Part shown: piece after piece, positions 55,901-64,000 of the stretch
How the letters are laid out: each line of letters opens with the position of its first letter
How positions within the stretch are numbered: the first letter of the stretch is position 1
Source of the DNA: Chthoniobacteraceae bacterium
Lineage (GTDB): Bacteria > Verrucomicrobiota > Verrucomicrobiia > Chthoniobacterales > Chthoniobacteraceae
Length of the DNA stretch: 64,000 nucleotides
NCBI GenBank assembly: GCA_040081625.1
Contig: JBEBGD010000005.1
Location: 32,001-96,000, forward strand
Direction of reading: 5' to 3'
Program-made: the position numbers and the translations under genes
Notes under the pieces: generated by a model
Databases searched by the model: none
The model's input: only the letters and a program-made list of their open reading frames with translations
What the model was told of the DNA's origin: nothing

Positions 55901-58869
55901 GCGCGCCGACGACGATCACCACGGATCGCCCGGCGGGCACCGACGGCGCGATCATCTTCACCGGAAACATCGAGCTCGGCGCGAACCTGCTCAGCCTGAA
56001 CAGCGGTTCGACCAACAGCACGATCCCCGGCGTCATCAGCGGAACCGGCGGACAGCTCGCGAAGCTCGGCGCCGGCACGCTGACGCTGACCGCCGCAAAC
56101 ACCTACACGGGCACGACGACGGTGAGCGCGGGAGCCTTGAACATCCGAAACGGAAGCGCGCTGGGAAGCGTCGCCGGCGGGACGACCGTCGCGGCGGGCG
56201 CGGCGCTGGAAATCGAAGCCGGCATCACCACCCTGGCCGAACCGCTGACCTTGAACGGCACGGGCGTCGGCGGGACTGGCGCGCTGCGGAATATCAGCGG
56301 CAACAATATCTACGCGGGCTTGATCACGCTCGGCAGCATCACGCGGATCAACTCGGACGTGGGCAGCAACCTCACGCTCAGCAATCCCGGCACGATCACC
56401 GGTGCGACGTTCGGGCTGGCGGTGGGTGGCGCGGGAAACACCACGATCGATAGCATCATCGGCACGACCACGGGCACGCTGAACAAGGACGGCGCCGGCA
56501 TCCTCACGCTCACCGCGGTGAGCACCTACAGCGGCGACACGACGGTGAGCGGCGGGACGCTGGCGCTGGGCGTGAACAACGCACTGCCCGTCACGGGCGT
56601 TCACGTCCCCACCGGCGCCACTCTTCAGCTCAACGCCTTCAACCAGACCGTCTCCAGCCTCGACCTGAACGGCGGCTTCGTCGGCGGCACAGGCACGTTG
56701 ACGAGCCTCAGCAATCTCCTGCTCAACGGCGGCCAGATCGCCGCGATCCTCGCCGGCAACATCAACATCACCGCGAACACCGGCACCACGACGCTGAGCA
56801 ATCCGGCGAACACCTTCACCGGCCTCGTCACGGTCACCTCCAGCATGAGCGTGCCGTCCGACGGCGCCCTCGGCAATCTCGGCAACGGGCTGGTCATCGG
56901 AGCCAACGGAACGCTCATCGTCACCGGCACATTCAGCAGCGCGCGGCACATCACCGCAAACGGCGCCGCGCCGTCGATCAGTGTCGATGCCACCAAGACG
57001 CTCACGCTCACAGGCCTCATCGACGGCACCGGTGTGATGCAGAAAACGGGCGCGGGCAAACTGCTCCTCGGGACCACGGTCATGGGCAACGTCTCGCTGA
57101 CCGCCGGCACTCCGGCGACCACATTCGGGCACGAGACCGTCAGCCTCACCGGCACCGGTTCCGTCGTCCTCACGCTGGTCAGCGACGGGGCAGGCGGCAC
57201 GCGCATCGGCACCATGGCGCTATCGGGCACGAATGCCGCGACCGTCCTGACGATCAATGGCTCGGGCGTGCCGCGGACCGTCATCGACCACATCATCAGT
57301 CTCAATCCGAACGACGAGATCGGGACGATCAAACTCGGCCCCACCGTCGTGCTCGGCGACGGACTGGATGACGGGATCGCCGACATCGACATCCGTGGCA
57401 AGGTCGGCAAGCTCCTGCTCAACGACATCAGCAGCTACGCACTCATCGAGCTTGGCAAGGGGCTGCCTTACGACGCGCCGGGCAACATCACGCCCGACTC
57501 TTACAACAACCGTCCCGACATCACGCTGCGGAATGTCGGTGGCCCTGGAGTCATCATCGACGTGACCGGCAATGGCATCGCCGGCGAACAACCCGGCAGC
57601 CTCGGCGGCGGCGGATTGGGGAAGGTCGTCGTGAGTTACTGGCCCGACGCCGGCTTGATCAAGACCACGCAGAGCATCGGCTCATTCCTGCTCAGCCGCG
57701 GTGACTGCAAGATCGTCTTCGAAGTGGACAAGTTTCACAAAGGCGTGCTGACCACGGCTGGCATCGGCTCGATGTCCGTGCCGAAGGGCGCCTGGGCCAG
57801 CACGGGAAGCATCGTCGAAGGAGAGACCGTCACGATGACCACGGCGCAGTTCCTCGCCGGGGCGAACTTCACTTCCGGGAAGCTCACGACCTTCACCGTG
57901 AATGGAGACTTCCTCGGTTCCGTGACGTCGGAGGGCGCGATGCGAAATGTCACGATCAAGGGTGCGTTCAAGGGATCGCTCCAGGCGGCCTCGGTCGGCA
58001 AGATCACGGCGGAGTATTTCGATGGCACCGACCTCACCAATAGCGATCCCTTTGGCGATTCCTCGCGGCGCAACATCAACATTACGGGCGGCGCGCTCGG
58101 CTTGCTCACCGCGAAGCCGCACGACCTCGATACCTTCGGCATCAAGAACTACGAGATCGCCGTCGCCACCAGCTTCGGCGGCATCACCGTCACGGACAAA
58201 ACCGCGCCGGGCAGCTTCGTCGCCATCGATCACGTGACGGTCCAGGCCGGTTCGATCGGCAACACCACCGTATCCATCACCGCTCCATCCACCGCCAAGG
58301 CCATCCAGAACTCCGTCTTCGAGAGCAATGGAGCGATGGGCACGATCACGACCACCCACAGCATCACGACCTCGATGTTCGCCGCCGCCACGAACATCGC
58401 GCAGGTGACGGTCAAGGGCGGCCTTTCGTCCTCGAAGATCCTCGCGGGCACCTTCCTCGGCGACGATGCGGCGCTCGGCGGCGTGGGCAGCGCGGCGGAT
58501 GTCTTCAACAAGAGCTACAAGATCGCCGGGGTGAAAGTGCTCGGCGCATTCGTCGCCAGCACGATTGCCGTCGGGGTCGATTCCGTGGACGGCATCTACG
58601 GCAACGGCAACGATGTGCTTGCGTCACTCGGCACGGCGCCGGGCGGTGCGACCAGGGCGATCGGCGCGCTGATTTTCGGACCCGGCAGCGGCACCGTGGG
58701 CGCGTCGCCTTCCGGCGCTCATACGAGCGCGATCGAAGCGGCCTCCATCAAGAGCCTGGTCGTGAATGGCGTCGCCGTTTCCCCGCTTCCGGCCGCCCTG
58801 CCAAAGTATCTGGACCTCGGCTTGGCCGGCGAAGACTCGGCGGACGTGATCGTGCGCATCCTGAGCTGA
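46981..58869 (+). CDS. Giant (3962 aa) extracellular beta-helical protein with LEPR-XLL-like N-terminus and autotransporter-associated beta-strand repeats
   Basis: VEVLEARISPA; K.G.GTL.L.G.NTYTG.TT..GG.L repeats; recurring GL[TS]DAELD modules. Confidence 0.8.
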   Translation: MKTKPLTRRRRGVSAPAVEVLEARISPASLASLDVAGNISVLGDQGATSEIETLIFTVNAGELHIVDPTHPITAGPGFIQSGANEVTIALTLFTGNLTVDTGTGADTLAFSSDLNLPGDGTLASGAITFNNSITLATDKTLTVSATDTISLPNTGSDLATSGAGAMSLTTLKNISLASGASITTVNGDLTLSANAAGTTTGNFSGVDVNAGLVQATGTGVVSVTGRGGDTGMRNVGVHVQAGGDIIGGTTGTTIVNGTGGPGNVIANEGIRLTDSGSSITSGGANVSVTGQAGGSGTAGSNYGVNVYLGALLSAGGSGNVTVMGTGAANLGSDNYGVNLQSSGSQITSSGGNVSVTGVSGGTGSGGAAAGISIDSGTVSAGGSGTVTVIGTGDLTSSGVNVNLGIDVRFTSTITSSGGNVQVTGAAGAANSSTLGEGAGIRVFGDSLITAGGSGTVTVSGTGGAGPTASAHGVFVSGSNLNSNLARIGAANGATTITATSGNTSSIALSVGTNNAGRITTGTNNPITITADSIDFGGSATISSGTGATTIQTRTSGTFINLGGADVLTGSPLTLGLTDAELDKVTASTLTIGDSSSGAITVSAALTHPNNLSLTTGGGVTFNQAVTMAVNKNLTVSALSTTTGAISLATTNSDLVASGTGAISLTTVANIALASGSSIAVVDGDLTLSANAASTGSFSAAGIDLNGGTITTSGTGNVSLTAKAPTNAGGIQVRGGAKILSTGAVLATQGKLTLNGRVTNGGTDVTVTGTGSEIKSLSGDISVTGGIDGGVAHTGILVSSSGSIESTGTAKITLNGYSRSATAVIIDTLGQVKSADGAIAIAGTLNDTPSKGITVQGGGKVQSTGLATITMDTYASAGGGSAGSHGITITGTGSEVTSVTAAIVLTGQPKAFSNNSYSVYILSGGKVASTSGDITLAGRDSSRTGNLAINYSSTVPISTSGTITLIGGGGSTGSGMSLTGGLISGTAGVTIRPGPGNAIDLGTAADNTNSLGLSDAELDIITTAGTLTIGDSASGAITVTAAISRPASTNVALTGGSSIIFNPGTLNTSGGTLALTPGASGSVQPITSGTEVTASSVSFESGADLAIAINGTTLDTQYRQLNVVGGVNLTGVDLVLSGSHVPVGGQTFTIVENDGTDAITGTFNGLAQGATITGFLGSALSATISYTGGSGNDVVLTAVAPPETDVSLSGGNLVVTDSNGGTSTDTITITLNGANVRITDPSNTVGAGAGATQIDANTVEVALASITGNIQVSTLGGDDTLTLALAGGDFIVAGGLTYAGGAAGTDKLMVTGGAQGTVTYNFTNANDGSVVLSNFGTVNFTGLEATTNSGSATDIVFNLPTTASTATLADDGTTSNGLSRLSAATFVTNDFSNPSGSLTLNRGNSADTLTINALPDFDASLTLSSGANPFSTLTFAGAVTLAASKTLSANASGTISLGAAGALTTSGTGAISLTGADVTGSGNLSADGGLTLTNTGTSSTLSGIISGVGALTKLGTGTQILTGTNTYTGTTTISGGSLQIGSGGTTGTLGTGSVINNANLTFDRSNFIGVNNAIGGTGSVFANGIGQTLYFGNANTYTGQTQVNAGRLVLGNSASLGSTAGGTVVAVGATLDLNGNGIAVGAEALTIQGAGAPGALAALQSNNVGNSSWAGVVTLAGATTIGGNQPGTTLTLGGIVTGAFALTKNGPNTLILSGANTYTGTTTISGGTLQVGNGGTTGTLGTGAVTNNSALVFNRSDSITIANNISGTGSLNVTAGGITASGVWNLGDDAILNSTAGITFNNAVTMAVNKGFTASASGTISLPNATSDIATSGTGIINMNGSTGVVLAAGSSLATVDGGIVVTSTSGGLNLNGTTLTTSGIGNVSLTGTGSLGTQLSNGAQVLSTATGLLANQGLLTLAGTGSGSSTGLVISSGSSVISVDGAISITGTGTAAGALTSIGIRVDASTVESTGPATITMVGRGSSGLNGGGHHGIFVTGGTAQITSVTGNISLDGQSGFGRGGDSHGVFVVSGADVTGTGSANVSILGVSPLTSGAGSNSNGIVISGAGSRITSANGTLALDGSGADEASSEGVVITAAGEVASTNGNIAVTGTVRVGGSNPTGAGIIYDSVTPLTTSGTITLISGTNIGARMILDNGAISGAAGVTLRAGNGIAIDLGSTLDTAANGLELSDAELDLITTAGTLQIGDSTSGTITVSAAITHANHLSLTTGAGVTFNQAVTMAANKNLTATANGTSNGTISLSSTNSDLTTGGTGAISLTTARDITLASGASVATVNGNLTLSANQQVTPTSGSFTGVFFNDAVVQATGSGAVTVLGKSGDGSFQQRGIYLFTGGNIIGGTSGTVTVQGTTGAATGTQADGIFLFGAGTTITSTGANVAVSGTGASTASSDNQGVYVSTGATITAGGSGTVTVTGISGAGSVSAGVRSIGGIITSAGGAVTVEGASSVLNAISLSGSGAEISSGGTAPLTLIGDSFSRGAPSIVRAGTAGDATVTFKPRTAGTFINLGGADVLTGSPKTLGLTDAELDAVSAATLQIGDANSGALTVSAAITHANDLSLTTGAGVTFNQAVTMAANKNFTASASGTIGFANTNADLATSGTGAIFLATARDISLVSGSSVATVDGNLTLRANLDGMTSGNFIGISSSGGTVQTTGAGVILISGIGGNSGAGTDGVRLSNSASVSGASVTITGFGGTSTARAYGVVVLSGATVTSSSGTVSVTGTGGAGTDHNYGVYVQDGGITSGGGGVNVTGTGSSAAGSFDNYGVYVEFSGQITAGGAGSVMVTGTGGGPTGGGFGVRVGYGGTITSSGGNVTVMGNGGTDGGGGNYGVGLDSSSGSTRITAGGTGLVSVTGIAGAGSSVGVFVEGNDSAITSSGGPVTVAGTGGMNVGTDLNHGIHLTSTGSMVTSGGGNVTLTGTKGTGANSFGIRLDGASVTTAVNGGNITFDATTVALGAPTTITTDRPAGTDGAIIFTGNIELGANLLSLNSGSTNSTIPGVISGTGGQLAKLGAGTLTLTAANTYTGTTTVSAGALNIRNGSALGSVAGGTTVAAGAALEIEAGITTLAEPLTLNGTGVGGTGALRNISGNNIYAGLITLGSITRINSDVGSNLTLSNPGTITGATFGLAVGGAGNTTIDSIIGTTTGTLNKDGAGILTLTAVSTYSGDTTVSGGTLALGVNNALPVTGVHVPTGATLQLNAFNQTVSSLDLNGGFVGGTGTLTSLSNLLLNGGQIAAILAGNINITANTGTTTLSNPANTFTGLVTVTSSMSVPSDGALGNLGNGLVIGANGTLIVTGTFSSARHITANGAAPSISVDATKTLTLTGLIDGTGVMQKTGAGKLLLGTTVMGNVSLTAGTPATTFGHETVSLTGTGSVVLTLVSDGAGGTRIGTMALSGTNAATVLTINGSGVPRTVIDHIISLNPNDEIGTIKLGPTVVLGDGLDDGIADIDIRGKVGKLLLNDISSYALIELGKGLPYDAPGNITPDSYNNRPDITLRNVGGPGVIIDVTGNGIAGEQPGSLGGGGLGKVVVSYWPDAGLIKTTQSIGSFLLSRGDCKIVFEVDKFHKGVLTTAGIGSMSVPKGAWASTGSIVEGETVTMTTAQFLAGANFTSGKLTTFTVNGDFLGSVTSEGAMRNVTIKGAFKGSLQAASVGKITAEYFDGTDLTNSDPFGDSSRRNINITGGALGLLTAKPHDLDTFGIKNYEIAVATSFGGITVTDKTAPGSFVAIDHVTVQAGSIGNTTVSITAPSTAKAIQNSVFESNGAMGTITTTHSITTSMFAAATNIAQVTVKGGLSSSKILAGTFLGDDAALGGVGSAADVFNKSYKIAGVKVLGAFVASTIAVGVDSVDGIYGNGNDVLASLGTAPGGATRAIGALIFGPGSGTVGASPSGAHTSAIEAASIKSLVVNGVAVSPLPAALPKYLDLGLAGEDSADVIVRILS

Positions 58870-58873
58870 GGCT

Positions 58874-60799
58874 TCAGAACGCGTTGAAGGAAACGACGAT
58901 GTGCCAGCCGTCGTCCTGCAGGCTCGTGCGGGGATTGTGCAAGTCGATGAAGGGGTGACCCCAATAGACTGAGACTTGCGAATGCTTGGTGGCGTTGATG
59001 AGAAGGCCGACGCCGGCGCTGTAGATGTCCTGATATTGGTTCTCGAACTTGTTCACGTTCCAGCCCGCGCCGTAGTCGAAGAACGGGGCAACGCTGACGA
59101 TAGGTGACTTGTCGGCTGCCAGCCAGACCGGCACGCGCAACTCGGCGGAGGCGAACCAGCCGTTGTCGCGCAGCAGTTGATTCTCGCGGTAACCGCGAAC
59201 GCTATGGGCCCCGCCGAGGCTGAATTGTTCGAGCGCGAGCAGCGGCTCGTCGCTCAACTGGACGTTGGCCCGGAGGACCAGGAGCGATTCGCGCAACAGG
59301 CGCATCGCGCCTTTGTCCGGCTCGGTCCGCGGGATTGCCGTGTCGAAAATGCGGCGCACGTATTGTCCCTGTCCGAGCCACGTGAAGAACTTGCTGTCGG
59401 GCACCTCCGGGTCGGCGCCCATGACGCCCGCGCCCGAGGTGGTGCCTGTGAAGCTGCGCGGATCGTAACGCGTCGCGCCGAAGTTGTAGGAGCCCACGCT
59501 GATCGTCGAGCGCAGCGCCAGCACGTAAAGCTGACTGCGGTTCACCCACTCCAGGACGGCGCGCGTGGCGAAGACATCCGACTCGCCCTGGATCGCGCCG
59601 GCAGAAAGCGTGAACGGGATGCCGAGCAGAAACGACTCGCTGTGCTTGCGATCGGCGACCAGCGAAAGCGTGACGGTGTTTTGCAGCGTTTCGTGAAGCG
59701 GCTGTCGCAACGCCAGTTCGAGTTGCTGCGATTTGCTGGTGATGCCGAGCGCGGCAAAGGTTTCGTCGATGATGCTTGAGTCGCTCTTCGCCGCGCGCAC
59801 GCCGAACTTCGTGCCCCACGGCGAGATCGGGAACTCGTAACTTCCTTCGACATTGTCGAAGCCCGCGTAATCGATCGCGCCATCCTTCGTCCATTCCACG
59901 AGGCCCCAGCGCAACTCGATGGGATCGTCGTGTCCGGTCAGGTTCAAGTTCTGGAGGTAAAATGCGCCGAGCCCCTCGGCGACGCTGGGCGGGCGCTGGT
60001 TGCTGATCTCGAATCCCAGCCGGAAGGGCTGCTTCTCCTCCACCGCGACGTGGAGGATGCTCTCGCCGGGGCGCACCCCGGGACTCAGCTCCGCGTTGAC
60101 CTGTCGGATGCCGGGATTCTGCCGCATCAGTTGCAAGCCGGTCTTCAGCCCGAACACGTTCAGCGGCCAGCCCGCCGCCCTGCGGATCTGGTGTCGAAGC
60201 CACCAGCGGCGGAACCAAAAGTTTCCATTCACATCGATCTCGGCGAGCCGGCCCTCGACGAGATGAAACTTCACGACGCCGTCTTTCAAATCCTGATCCG
60301 GCAGCACCGCGCCGGAGCTGATGAATCCGGCGTCCACGTAGTGCTTGGTGAGCGCGACCCGCGCGGCTTCGAGTTCGTCGCTATCAATCTCGCGGCCCGA
60401 GTAGCGTGCCACCACGGCGCCGAGTTGGCGGGAGGAGAACTGATGGTTGCCGGTGAACTCGAAGCGCTTCACGAGCACGCGGACGCTGCTCGCGAACGGC
60501 TGCTGCGCGACGCCCGGGTCCAGCGGCGGCAGCACGGGCTGCATGGCGTCGAGCGCGAGCTTGAGCGTGAAGTGCGGCAGCGGTTCCGGCTTCTCAACGG
60601 TCTGCGGCAGCATGGGCAGTTCGTCAGGGAGGAGGATCAACTCCGTGGCGCCGCCGGGCTTGAGCGGATCGGCGGGCAGCGGGTCCGCGGGCAGTGGTGC
60701 GGGCTGCTGAGCCAGTGCACCCCACACACCCCAGAATGCGACGAGCAATCGTGCGAAACGACGTGGAATTTGCGAGTGAAGCCGGGGCATTCGGTTCAC
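58874..60799 (-). CDS. ShlB/FhaC/HecB-family TpsB transporter
   Basis: POTRA (F.GN..FS, Y...GF..SGA), EQFSLGG..SVRGYREN, C-terminal F. Confidence 0.9.
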   Translation of the reverse strand: MNRMPRLHSQIPRRFARLLVAFWGVWGALAQQPAPLPADPLPADPLKPGGATELILLPDELPMLPQTVEKPEPLPHFTLKLALDAMQPVLPPLDPGVAQQPFASSVRVLVKRFEFTGNHQFSSRQLGAVVARYSGREIDSDELEAARVALTKHYVDAGFISSGAVLPDQDLKDGVVKFHLVEGRLAEIDVNGNFWFRRWWLRHQIRRAAGWPLNVFGLKTGLQLMRQNPGIRQVNAELSPGVRPGESILHVAVEEKQPFRLGFEISNQRPPSVAEGLGAFYLQNLNLTGHDDPIELRWGLVEWTKDGAIDYAGFDNVEGSYEFPISPWGTKFGVRAAKSDSSIIDETFAALGITSKSQQLELALRQPLHETLQNTVTLSLVADRKHSESFLLGIPFTLSAGAIQGESDVFATRAVLEWVNRSQLYVLALRSTISVGSYNFGATRYDPRSFTGTTSGAGVMGADPEVPDSKFFTWLGQGQYVRRIFDTAIPRTEPDKGAMRLLRESLLVLRANVQLSDEPLLALEQFSLGGAHSVRGYRENQLLRDNGWFASAELRVPVWLAADKSPIVSVAPFFDYGAGWNVNKFENQYQDIYSAGVGLLINATKHSQVSVYWGHPFIDLHNPRTSLQDDGWHIVVSFNAF

Positions 60800-60973
60800 T
60801 GATTACCTCGTCAGACCGATGCATTACGAGTGCGGATTTATTTGTATTGTCGCGAGGTGGCGCGCCCACTACTCCTGATCCGCTCAGCGTGTGAGAATGC
60901 GACCCGAATGGGGCCGGGCATGTTGGGCGTCAATTCCGCCTCACTCTCCATGCATTTGTTTCTTCCCTCCGCT

Positions 60974-63900
60974 ATGCACTCTGGTCGCTCGCGCGTCCTG
61001 CCTGCGCTCGTGCTGCTCGTGGCCGCTTTGGCTTTCGAAGGTTTTCTCGCGCACCCCGCCGCCGCACAAGTTCCATCCGCGCTCAAGTATTCCATCGCCG
61101 CGCCGGCGGCCGGCTTCGGTTCCTCGGTGGCGGTGTCCGGCTCGCTCATGGTCGTCGGAGCGCCCGATTCGGAGAGCGCGTTTGTGTATGACTTGAGCAG
61201 CGCGACGCCCGCCGTGCCCGTCTTCACGCTGAACAATCCGAGCGTGGGCACCGATGACTTCTTCGGCACCTCGGTCGCGATCTCGGGCTCGCGCGTGGTC
61301 GTGGGAGCGCCGGCGGACGACACGGGCGCGGACGATGCAGGTCGGGTGTATGTGTATAACCTCGGCAGCGGCACGCCCACGCTGCCCGCGAATACACTCA
61401 ACAACCCGAGCCCCGAGGACGGCGACGCCTTCGGCAGCGCCGTGGCCATCGCGGGCACGCGCGTGGTGGTTGGCGCACCGGCGGACGATACGGGGACCGA
61501 CGACGCAGGCAGCGCGTATGTGTATAACCTGAGCAGCGGCACGCCAACGGTGCCCGTCACCACGCTCATCAATCCCAGCCCGGCGGTGAATGATCAGTTC
61601 GGCACCTCGGTGGCCATCTCCGGTGCGCTCGTGGTGGTCGGAGCGCTCGCGGACGACGCTGGAGCGGAGGACTCTGGCAGCGCCTACGTGTATAATGTCG
61701 GCGGTGTGACGCCGGCGGTGCCCGTGGCCACGCTCAACAATCCCGGCCCGGCGGCCGGAGATCGATTTGGTTTCGCAGTGGCTATCTCCGGCACGCGCGT
61801 GGTGGTGGGGGCTGTGGAAGACGACACGGGCGCGCTTGATGCGGGAAGTGCGTATGTCTATGACGTGGCCGGGGGCACGCCGACGGTGCCCGTGTCCACG
61901 CTGAACAATCCCGGCCCGGCGGCGGTGGACCACTTCGGCTCGGCGGTGGCAATCTCCGGCACGTTGGTGGTCGTGGGAGTGCCTAATGACGCGGCCAATA
62001 TTGGCAGCACGCATCTCTTCGACCTCACGGGCGCGATGCCGACGGTGCCCGTGGCCACGCTGCACAAGCTCAGCCCGGCAGCGGATGATTACTTCGGCAC
62101 CGCAGTGGCCGCCGACGGAAACACGGTCGTCATCGGAACGCCGTTCGCGGTGACTCCGGCGCTCGATTCCGGCGGGGTGTATGTCTTTGGCGCGCCGTTT
62201 GCGCCGGAGCCGGACACGCTCTTCCACTCGATCCCCGCGGGCGGCGCCGGCTTCGGCACCTCGGTGGCGCTCTCCGGCACGCTGATGGTGGTCGGGGCGC
62301 CCGACGACGATACGGGTGCGACCGACGCGGGCAGTGCATCCGTCTATGACCTCAGCAGCGGCACGCCGACAGTGCCAGTCTTCACGCTGCTCAATCCGAG
62401 CCCGGCGATGAATGACCGATTCGGCAGATCGGTGGCAATCTCCGGCACGCGCGTGGCGGTGGGGGCGTATCAGGACGACACGGGCGCGATCGACGCGGGG
62501 AGCGCGTATGTCTATGACCTTACCAGTGGCACGCCGACCGTGCCGGTGGTGACGCTGAACAACCCCGGCCCGGCGGCGGGCGACCGCTTCGGCTTTGCGG
62601 TGGCGATTTCCGGCACGCGTGTGGTGGTGGGGGCTTATCAGGAGGACACCGGGGAGACCGATTCGGGAAGCGCGTATGTCTATGATCTCACCAGCGGCAC
62701 GCCGGCGGTGCCAGTCTTCACGCTGAACCACCCCAGCCCGGAAACGGCTGCGAACTTCGGCTTCTCGCTGGCGATCGACGGCCTTCGGGTGGTGGTGGGC
62801 GCTTATCTCAACGACACGGGCGCGGATGACGCGGGGAGCGCGTATGTCTATGACCTTGGCAGCGGGACGCCGACGGTGCCCGCCTTCGTGCTGCACAACC
62901 CCGGCCCGGAGGTGGACGACCGCTTCGGCAATTCGGTGGGGATCTCCGGCACGCGTGTGGTGGTGGGTGCGGCCGGGGATGCGACGGGCGCGGAGGACGC
63001 CGGGAGCGTGTATGTCTATGACCTGAGTGGCGGGACGCCGACGGCACCCGCCTTTACGTTGAACAATCCGGCCCCGGAGGTGTTCGGACTCTTCGGGACC
63101 GCGGTGGCCGTCTCCGGCAGGCGGGTGGTGGGGGGCGCTCCCGCGAATGCGGGCTATGGCGCGAGCACCTTTGTCTATGATCTCAACAGCCCGACGCCCA
63201 CGGTGCCCGTGGTCACGCTGCAGAAGCCGGGCGTGGCGGAGGAGGATAACTTCGGCTCCGCCGTGACGATCGACGGCACCACGGCGGCCGTGGGTGCGCC
63301 TTTTTCCCCCACCAACGTGGTCTATCCGGGCGCCGTGTATGTGTTCGGCACCACCGCCATCCCGGGGATCGCCGTGGAAGTGCCAGTCGGTGTGACCCTG
63401 CTGGACGGCACAAGCAGCGTGAGCTTCGGCTCCGTCGTCGTGGGTGCCAGCAGCGCGCCGAAAGTATTTACGATCAGGAACACCGGGGTCGCCGATTTGA
63501 CCGGCCTGTCGGTGACCAAGGACGGGCCGAACTCGGGCGACTTCACCGTGAGCGCGCTGGGGGCGACGACCCTGACGACCGGGCAGATCACGACCTTCAC
63601 CGTCACCTTCAACCCCGTCGCCAACGGCCCTCACAGCGCGGCCATTCACATCGCGAGCAATGTGGGCGGAAGTAAAAATCCATTTGATCTCGCCTTCGCC
63701 GGCACTGGCGGGGTCGATAGCTTTTTCTTCGCGGGGAGCGTGAGCCCGGGCGCGCTGCTCGATGTGATCTTCGGCCGCACCGGCCACGCGCTGACTGGCG
63801 TGAGTGGCGTGACTGGTGGGACGGCGATGATCGTGGGTGGGAAGGTGCGCTTCGTCGTGACCGACCTGATCAACGGGGGCAACTTCACTTTCACCGCCAC

Positions 63901-64000
63901 GAATAATCTCGCGCAGCCATACACGGAAACCGTGCGGGTCTGGCTGCTGGCGTCGGCGGCGGGGACCTATGTGGGCCTGCTGCGCGACGGCTCGAACGTG
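60974..64000 (+). CDS. FG-GAP-like repeat surface protein with Ig-like domains (runs off the window end; start 60920-60974)
   Basis: Not in the track because no stop falls in the window. Signal peptide, 2x7 repeats of about 56 aa (FG.SVAISG..VVVGA..DD....AG.AYVYD), then an FTIRNTG..DL Ig domain. Confidence 0.85.
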   Translation, partial: MHSGRSRVLPALVLLVAALAFEGFLAHPAAAQVPSALKYSIAAPAAGFGSSVAVSGSLMVVGAPDSESAFVYDLSSATPAVPVFTLNNPSVGTDDFFGTSVAISGSRVVVGAPADDTGADDAGRVYVYNLGSGTPTLPANTLNNPSPEDGDAFGSAVAIAGTRVVVGAPADDTGTDDAGSAYVYNLSSGTPTVPVTTLINPSPAVNDQFGTSVAISGALVVVGALADDAGAEDSGSAYVYNVGGVTPAVPVATLNNPGPAAGDRFGFAVAISGTRVVVGAVEDDTGALDAGSAYVYDVAGGTPTVPVSTLNNPGPAAVDHFGSAVAISGTLVVVGVPNDAANIGSTHLFDLTGAMPTVPVATLHKLSPAADDYFGTAVAADGNTVVIGTPFAVTPALDSGGVYVFGAPFAPEPDTLFHSIPAGGAGFGTSVALSGTLMVVGAPDDDTGATDAGSASVYDLSSGTPTVPVFTLLNPSPAMNDRFGRSVAISGTRVAVGAYQDDTGAIDAGSAYVYDLTSGTPTVPVVTLNNPGPAAGDRFGFAVAISGTRVVVGAYQEDTGETDSGSAYVYDLTSGTPAVPVFTLNHPSPETAANFGFSLAIDGLRVVVGAYLNDTGADDAGSAYVYDLGSGTPTVPAFVLHNPGPEVDDRFGNSVGISGTRVVVGAAGDATGAEDAGSVYVYDLSGGTPTAPAFTLNNPAPEVFGLFGTAVAVSGRRVVGGAPANAGYGASTFVYDLNSPTPTVPVVTLQKPGVAEEDNFGSAVTIDGTTAAVGAPFSPTNVVYPGAVYVFGTTAIPGIAVEVPVGVTLLDGTSSVSFGSVVVGASSAPKVFTIRNTGVADLTGLSVTKDGPNSGDFTVSALGATTLTTGQITTFTVTFNPVANGPHSAAIHIASNVGGSKNPFDLAFAGTGGVDSFFFAGSVSPGALLDVIFGRTGHALTGVSGVTGGTAMIVGGKVRFVVTDLINGGNFTFTATNNLAQPYTETVRVWLLASAAGTYVGLLRDGSNV

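Noticed and set aside
46981..58869. Classical autotransporter
   Set aside because: Has passenger-type repeats but no recognisable C-terminal beta-barrel or terminal aromatic residue.

Overview
GC-rich bacterial window, probably Verrucomicrobiota/PVC (inferred from the PVM-type microcompartment locus and a LEPR-XLL-like giant protein). In order: (1) 42-6496, a tightly coupled pupylation-like operon: ARC/Mpa-type AAA ATPase, Dop-like enzyme, an unannotated 66-aa Pup/UBact-like modifier ending RQRSGQ, and a PafA-like ligase. The ligase is split in-frame into two ORFs: the N-half ends in an SSB-like DDIPF tail and the C-half is fused to TPR-like repeats. No proteasome subunit genes lie where they usually sit. 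This is the best candidate for an undescribed system. (2) A membrane/SRPBCC protein, a 2335-aa triple-Kelch surface protein and three small minus-strand genes. (3) 17630-28250, a DeoR-regulated PVM-like microcompartment operon with repeated palindromic operators, an inverted-repeat-bracketed four-helix-bundle cassette, an uncharacterised TIM-barrel cargo candidate and PduS/PduT. (4) 28309-34722, a defence island: an AbiEii-like pair flanked by a duplicated pduT 3' end, an RloC-like ATPase, and an AccI-like C-R/M system. GTMKAC and GTAC appear avoided across the window. (5) recQ, an HI0933-family flavoprotein, a PIG-L deacetylase and tRNA-Leu(TAG). (6) 39080-64000, a CHAT/CHASE2-cyclase/DUF928/TpsA/TpsB cluster with a 3962-aa mosaic beta-helical protein and an FG-GAP protein cut by the window end. 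All calls are from motif recognition by eye; no searches were run.
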